64,000 nucleotides of DNA from Salinispira sp. GTDB taxonomy: Bacteria; Spirochaetota; Spirochaetia; DSM-27196; Salinispiraceae. The stretch covers positions 512,001-576,000 of the forward strand of contig CBDDDG010000010.1 of NCBI GenBank assembly GCA_965226555.1, written 5' to 3'. A program made the position numbers and the translations under genes. The number at the start of each line of letters is the position of its first letter. The first letter of the stretch is position 1. Shown here piece by piece: positions 60,216-64,000 of the stretch. Under the pieces are notes generated by a model. It saw only the letters and a list, made by a program, of their open reading frames with translations. It did no database searches and was not told where the DNA came from.

Positions 60216-61139
60216 ATGAGCATTCTATTTCAGAACCTGAAAAGTATCAAGCTGCGCGGCAGAATACGCTGGAACTTTCCCATGGCAGAGCTGAGCAGTT
60301 TCAAAACCGGCGGTTCTGCCGACATTGCGACATGGCCCGAGAGTACGGAGGAGCTGCTCGCGCTTGTACATGCGGCGCGGGCGCAGAACCTGCCATGGAT
60401 TGTTCTGGGCGGCGGGTCGAACATCCTCATTTCCGACCGGGGCATACGCGGAATGGTCATTCTCACCACGGAAATGAATGATATACGGCGGGAAGGGCAG
60501 CGTGTTATTGCGGCTCCCGGGGCGCCTATGAGCGAAGTGTCTGCCAGAGCAGCAAACTGGGGACTGGCCGGGCTCGATTTTATATACGCGATGCCCGGCA
60601 GTTCCGGCGGCGCCGTGTGGATGAATGCCCGTTGTTACGGATCGGAAATTGCCGATGTTCTTGAATGGACGGAGTATATTGATATTGATGCCGATCCGCT
60701 CGAAGTGAAGCGGCTTGCCATTCATGCAGATGATTTTTCCTACAAGCGCTCACCTTTTCAGCGTAACCGGAACATTATCCTTGAGAGCTCCTACCTGCTT
60801 ACACTGGGAAAACGGGAAGAACTCTGGAAAAAGATGCGGGAACATGAGGACGACAGAACACGAAAGGGGCATTTTCTTGCGCCCTGCGCGGGAAGCATAT
60901 TCAAAAACAACCGGAGCTTTGGCGCGCCATCGGGAAAGATCATTGATAGCCTCAAAATGCGGGGAACAAGAATTGGCGGAGCAAAGGTATCCGATCTTCA
61001 TGCGAACATTATCATTAATGAAAACACAGCATCCGCCGCCGAAATTGCGCGGCTCATTCATCTCATTCATGAGCGGGTGCTGGAAGAATTGGGATTCGAC
61101 CTTGAGCCTGAGGTCATTAAGATCGGGCAATGGAGCTAA
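60216..61139 (+). CDS. murB: UDP-N-acetylenolpyruvoylglucosamine reductase
   Basis: LGGGSNIL, PGSSGGAVWMNA, AGSIFKN, HANIIIN, LEPEV. Confidence 0.95.
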   Translation: MSILFQNLKSIKLRGRIRWNFPMAELSSFKTGGSADIATWPESTEELLALVHAARAQNLPWIVLGGGSNILISDRGIRGMVILTTEMNDIRREGQRVIAAPGAPMSEVSARAANWGLAGLDFIYAMPGSSGGAVWMNARCYGSEIADVLEWTEYIDIDADPLEVKRLAIHADDFSYKRSPFQRNRNIILESSYLLTLGKREELWKKMREHEDDRTRKGHFLAPCAGSIFKNNRSFGAPSGKIIDSLKMRGTRIGGAKVSDLHANIIINENTASAAEIARLIHLIHERVLEELGFDLEPEVIKIGQWS

Positions 61140-62791
61140 TTTTTTAGGGAGCATTCAACATTGAATTCCCAGCCCTCCAGGAATGCCCTCGGTTCGGCAC
61201 CGTAGAGTATGCGGTCGAAAAAGATATTTCCGGGCGAGCGCATGCTGTATTCCAACGTGAACTGATGTGTGGGGCGATCAATGCTCAGGGCTGCGCGCAG
61301 TTCCATACCGACCATTATGTCGAAGGGACTGGGCAGGAAGTCTATGCGCTGTTCCGCATCGTTTGTGCCCCAAATACCTGTCTCCAGCACGAAGGAGGGC
61401 AGCGTCAAAACAAGGGAGGCCGACATCCTATCAAAATAGGGCTGCAAATCTTCCCATAGAATCTTGAAATCAATTTCCGATCGGACAACATCGCCGATGG
61501 AGGCAGCAATGAGGGTGGAGAAATTGTTCTGGTTGGGACGATACTCAACATTCAGTTTTCCCTTCAGCAGATTCGAACCGCCCTCCACTCCCAGAACAAT
61601 ACGTGTATCGTCCTGCCACTTTTCCAGAAATGATATATATGTCGAAAAGCTGTTTTTAATATCCATTCTTCCCTCGAATTTGACAAACCTCCCCTTTTTT
61701 ACATCGATGCCGTAATTGGAATCGGGATCGGAACCTGAGCCGGATCGCAGGTAGCTTTCGGAAAGATATGCCCCCCGCACAGCAACATTCCATGAGATGG
61801 AATCTTCCAATGGGGAGCCGAAACCATATGGTATTTTTCCCTTAACCTGCCAGTTTAGTCTTAGCCACCAGGAAGGAGGATTGACAACATAGGGAATTTC
61901 GGGGTGCAGGGATACCTGCAAACCAGCATAGGCATTCAGATTTTCGGAAATTTGTGTGTCGATATCGGAGGACTGTGTCTTAACCGCGAGTACATTGTTC
62001 AGCAAAACACGATTACCCGGCATCCACAAATTATGAAGCAGATCATCCCTGCCAGCCCCCTCCCAGTTTTCAACCTGACTTATGATGCGAAGGGAAAACG
62101 GGGCAGCAGCGGTCGTGGAGCTGGCAGGCGGGCTGGCAGCAGCGCCCGGCACACCGGCATCGCCCGGCGGGTTACCGGTCGGGTTACCGGTCGAGTTACC
62201 GGTCGAGTTACCGGTCGGGTTACCGGTCGGGTTGCCGGAAAACATTCCCGGGACAATGTGCAGTATTATCCCGAAATTTCTGAACTGGCCGTTCGGGAAA
62301 AAGGAGGATGCAAGAAGCATGGACGGCAAACTGAGCTGAAGAGCCGGAAAATGCGCATCGGAGCCGGGGAGACCGAAGAATATCATGCTGTCCGATGCCT
62401 TTGTGCCTGACAGCGGATTCCGAATGAGCCCCGATATTCCCCGCTGACTGAGCATTCCCGCAGTGAGATGAATAGCATTATCGGGGAAGGCGTACTCGGC
62501 TGCGAGCAGATAGTTAGAAAAGCACAGGGGATATGGACCGCAGCGTACCGAGAGATCGGATACTGCCATTCTGAGAATGATATTGTCGTTTTCCAGTTCG
62601 ATCTGGAGATCATACGAACGAAAATCCAATGTTTTCGTGCTTATCTCAAAATTCTGGAAAATTTCATCCCCAAACAATCCGGGAGGCTTGAGAACCTGCA
62701 CAGCGATGAAAATAAAAATGCAAAGAACGTTTTGCCTTATGCAAAATTTTCTTCCCGGATATTCCTGTTTTGATGAAATACACCTGCCCAT
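61136..62791 (-). CDS. Hypothetical (probably secreted) protein with GNPT/GNST micro-repeats
   Basis: Long ORF, hydrophobic N-terminal segment; start uncertain. Confidence 0.55.
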   Translation of the reverse strand: MGRCISSKQEYPGRKFCIRQNVLCIFIFIAVQVLKPPGLFGDEIFQNFEISTKTLDFRSYDLQIELENDNIILRMAVSDLSVRCGPYPLCFSNYLLAAEYAFPDNAIHLTAGMLSQRGISGLIRNPLSGTKASDSMIFFGLPGSDAHFPALQLSLPSMLLASSFFPNGQFRNFGIILHIVPGMFSGNPTGNPTGNSTGNSTGNPTGNPPGDAGVPGAAASPPASSTTAAAPFSLRIISQVENWEGAGRDDLLHNLWMPGNRVLLNNVLAVKTQSSDIDTQISENLNAYAGLQVSLHPEIPYVVNPPSWWLRLNWQVKGKIPYGFGSPLEDSISWNVAVRGAYLSESYLRSGSGSDPDSNYGIDVKKGRFVKFEGRMDIKNSFSTYISFLEKWQDDTRIVLGVEGGSNLLKGKLNVEYRPNQNNFSTLIAASIGDVVRSEIDFKILWEDLQPYFDRMSASLVLTLPSFVLETGIWGTNDAEQRIDFLPSPFDIMVGMELRAALSIDRPTHQFTLEYSMRSPGNIFFDRILYGAEPRAFLEGWEFNVECSLKN

Positions 62792-62931
62792 ACATTAGAA
62801 ACAGGGCAAAAAGAATTCATGACTGAGAATTATTGAAAATTATTGAAAATTATTGAGAAAAGCGCGCGCAGGGCGCAGACAAGCGCTTCAGCGCGCAGGG
62901 CAGACAAGCGCTTCAACGCGCAGGGCGATCT

Positions 62932-63486
62932 TCAGGGCTGTATGGTTGTGGTATGAACCGCCGAGGCAGTAGCTTTGTCCTTCAAATGCTCAATAATGGC
63001 CACGGAAAATTCGGCTGCGGCGCCCGCTCCGACAGCAGTAATAAGCCCTTCATCGTACAGAACCCGCTCGGGGGTATAGATGCCGGAACCCGCCTGATCC
63101 TCAAAGCCCGGGTAGCAAGTAAACCGGCGGTTTCCGAGGATACCTGCCCCCGAACGGCCGAGCGTTACCGCGGGGGCAGCGCATATGGCGCACATGAGAA
63201 CCCCAGCGTCATTGCTCTCGCGCAGCAGCGCAACAAGGTCCGCATTAGCGGCAAGATTTGCCGAACCGGGCATTCCTCCCGGGCATATAATTGCATCGGG
63301 AGCGGAATCGGCAAAATCGGCAATGCACATATCGGCCTTCACGGTAACATTGTGGCTGCCTGTCGGATAAAGATCATTATTTAACGAGACCGTTGTAAGC
63401 TCTATGCCCGCTCTGCGCAGAAAATCGATGGGGGTAACGGCTTCAACCTCCTCAAAACCATCTGCCAGAAAAACATATACGCTCAT
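62932..63486 (-). CDS. DJ-1/PfpI (ThiJ/YajL-like) family protein
   Basis: ADGFEEVE, PGGMPG, AICAAP, TCYPG. Confidence 0.93.
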   Translation of the reverse strand: MSVYVFLADGFEEVEAVTPIDFLRRAGIELTTVSLNNDLYPTGSHNVTVKADMCIADFADSAPDAIICPGGMPGSANLAANADLVALLRESNDAGVLMCAICAAPAVTLGRSGAGILGNRRFTCYPGFEDQAGSGIYTPERVLYDEGLITAVGAGAAAEFSVAIIEHLKDKATASAVHTTTIQP

Positions 63487-63540
63487 ACTTCCTCCTCATG
63501 CGGGAACCCCGCCTATCATCCTGCGGGAACCCCGCCAGCT

Positions 63541-63999
63541 TCAGCGATCCAGAATAAACTCAACTCGCCTGTTTTTCCAGCGGTTCTGAGTATCGGCATA
63601 GGGAACAACCGGCATACTGCCGCCCAGTCCCCGAATGGTCATACGTTCCCAATCGACCCCGAGAATAGAGAGCGCCTGTTTGACCTCCAAGGCACGGTTC
63701 CGGCTCAGGGGGATGAGGGTATTTACCTGTTCCCGCTGGCCGGCAAGGCCTGAAAGAATCTGTGACGCATGTCCTTCAATGACAATGTTGTAGTTCGGGT
63801 ACCGGTTGAGAACTTCAGCGAGTCGCCGGAGCGTAGTGAAATTGATCATCTGCTCAGGAGGATCGACATCGAAGAGATATTCGGTATTGGCAGCAAAATA
63901 GATAGATGAAACCCTAATCTTGAAGCGGTCGCCATCTGCAATAATGAGAATATCTATTGGAATAACATCGGAACTTATCGCTACATTGCCCTCGCCATC
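63541..63999 (-). CDS. OmpA-family protein, C-terminal part (start beyond window end)
   Basis: IEGHA, LSRNRA..V, KNRRVEFIL; frame is open to the window edge. Confidence 0.88.
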   Translation of the reverse strand, partial: DGEGNVAISSDVIPIDILIIADGDRFKIRVSSIYFAANTEYLFDVDPPEQMINFTTLRRLAEVLNRYPNYNIVIEGHASQILSGLAGQREQVNTLIPLSRNRALEVKQALSILGVDWERMTIRGLGGSMPVVPYADTQNRWKNRRVEFILDR

Positions 64000-64000
64000 A

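Noticed and set aside
55933..61139. murB / cysS / ECF sigma / anti-sigma cluster as a new system
   Set aside because: Resembles the conserved arrangement known from Treponema; ordinary core synteny.

Overview
64-kb chromosomal window of a spirochete (Spirochaetia). The assignment rests on the rpsG-rpsL-rpoC-rpoB-rplL/J/A/K-nusG-secE order without fusA, the Rpo[10 protein letters not shown] motif and murB-cysS-ECF sigma synteny. FN3, DUF285/BspA-like and GIWSDGTTMWV-repeat surface proteins suggest a host-associated lifestyle (inference). Content: three tRNAs, the rpoBC/ribosomal protein cluster, ilvD, sufE, an adenylate cyclase operon, an inactivated IS5, an intact IS1182 splitting a repeat lipoprotein, a TPP-riboswitch-controlled HMP/thiamine-type ABC transporter, and a rhamnose catabolic/ABC locus interrupted by a 5.7-kb segment (poly-G FN3/BspA lipoprotein, Rpn cluster with an intragenic start, mazE plus deleted mazF). 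The most striking unexplained structure is two families of small dispersed elements. (1) An AT-rich modular palindromic REP/REPIN-like family has about 20 full or partial copies. It has inserted into the IS5 transposase, an Rpn remnant and a signal peptide. (2) A GC-rich ~36-42 bp element inserts in frame into coding genes. The two families also combine in a 174-bp tandem composite. No mobilising enzyme for either is visible in the window.
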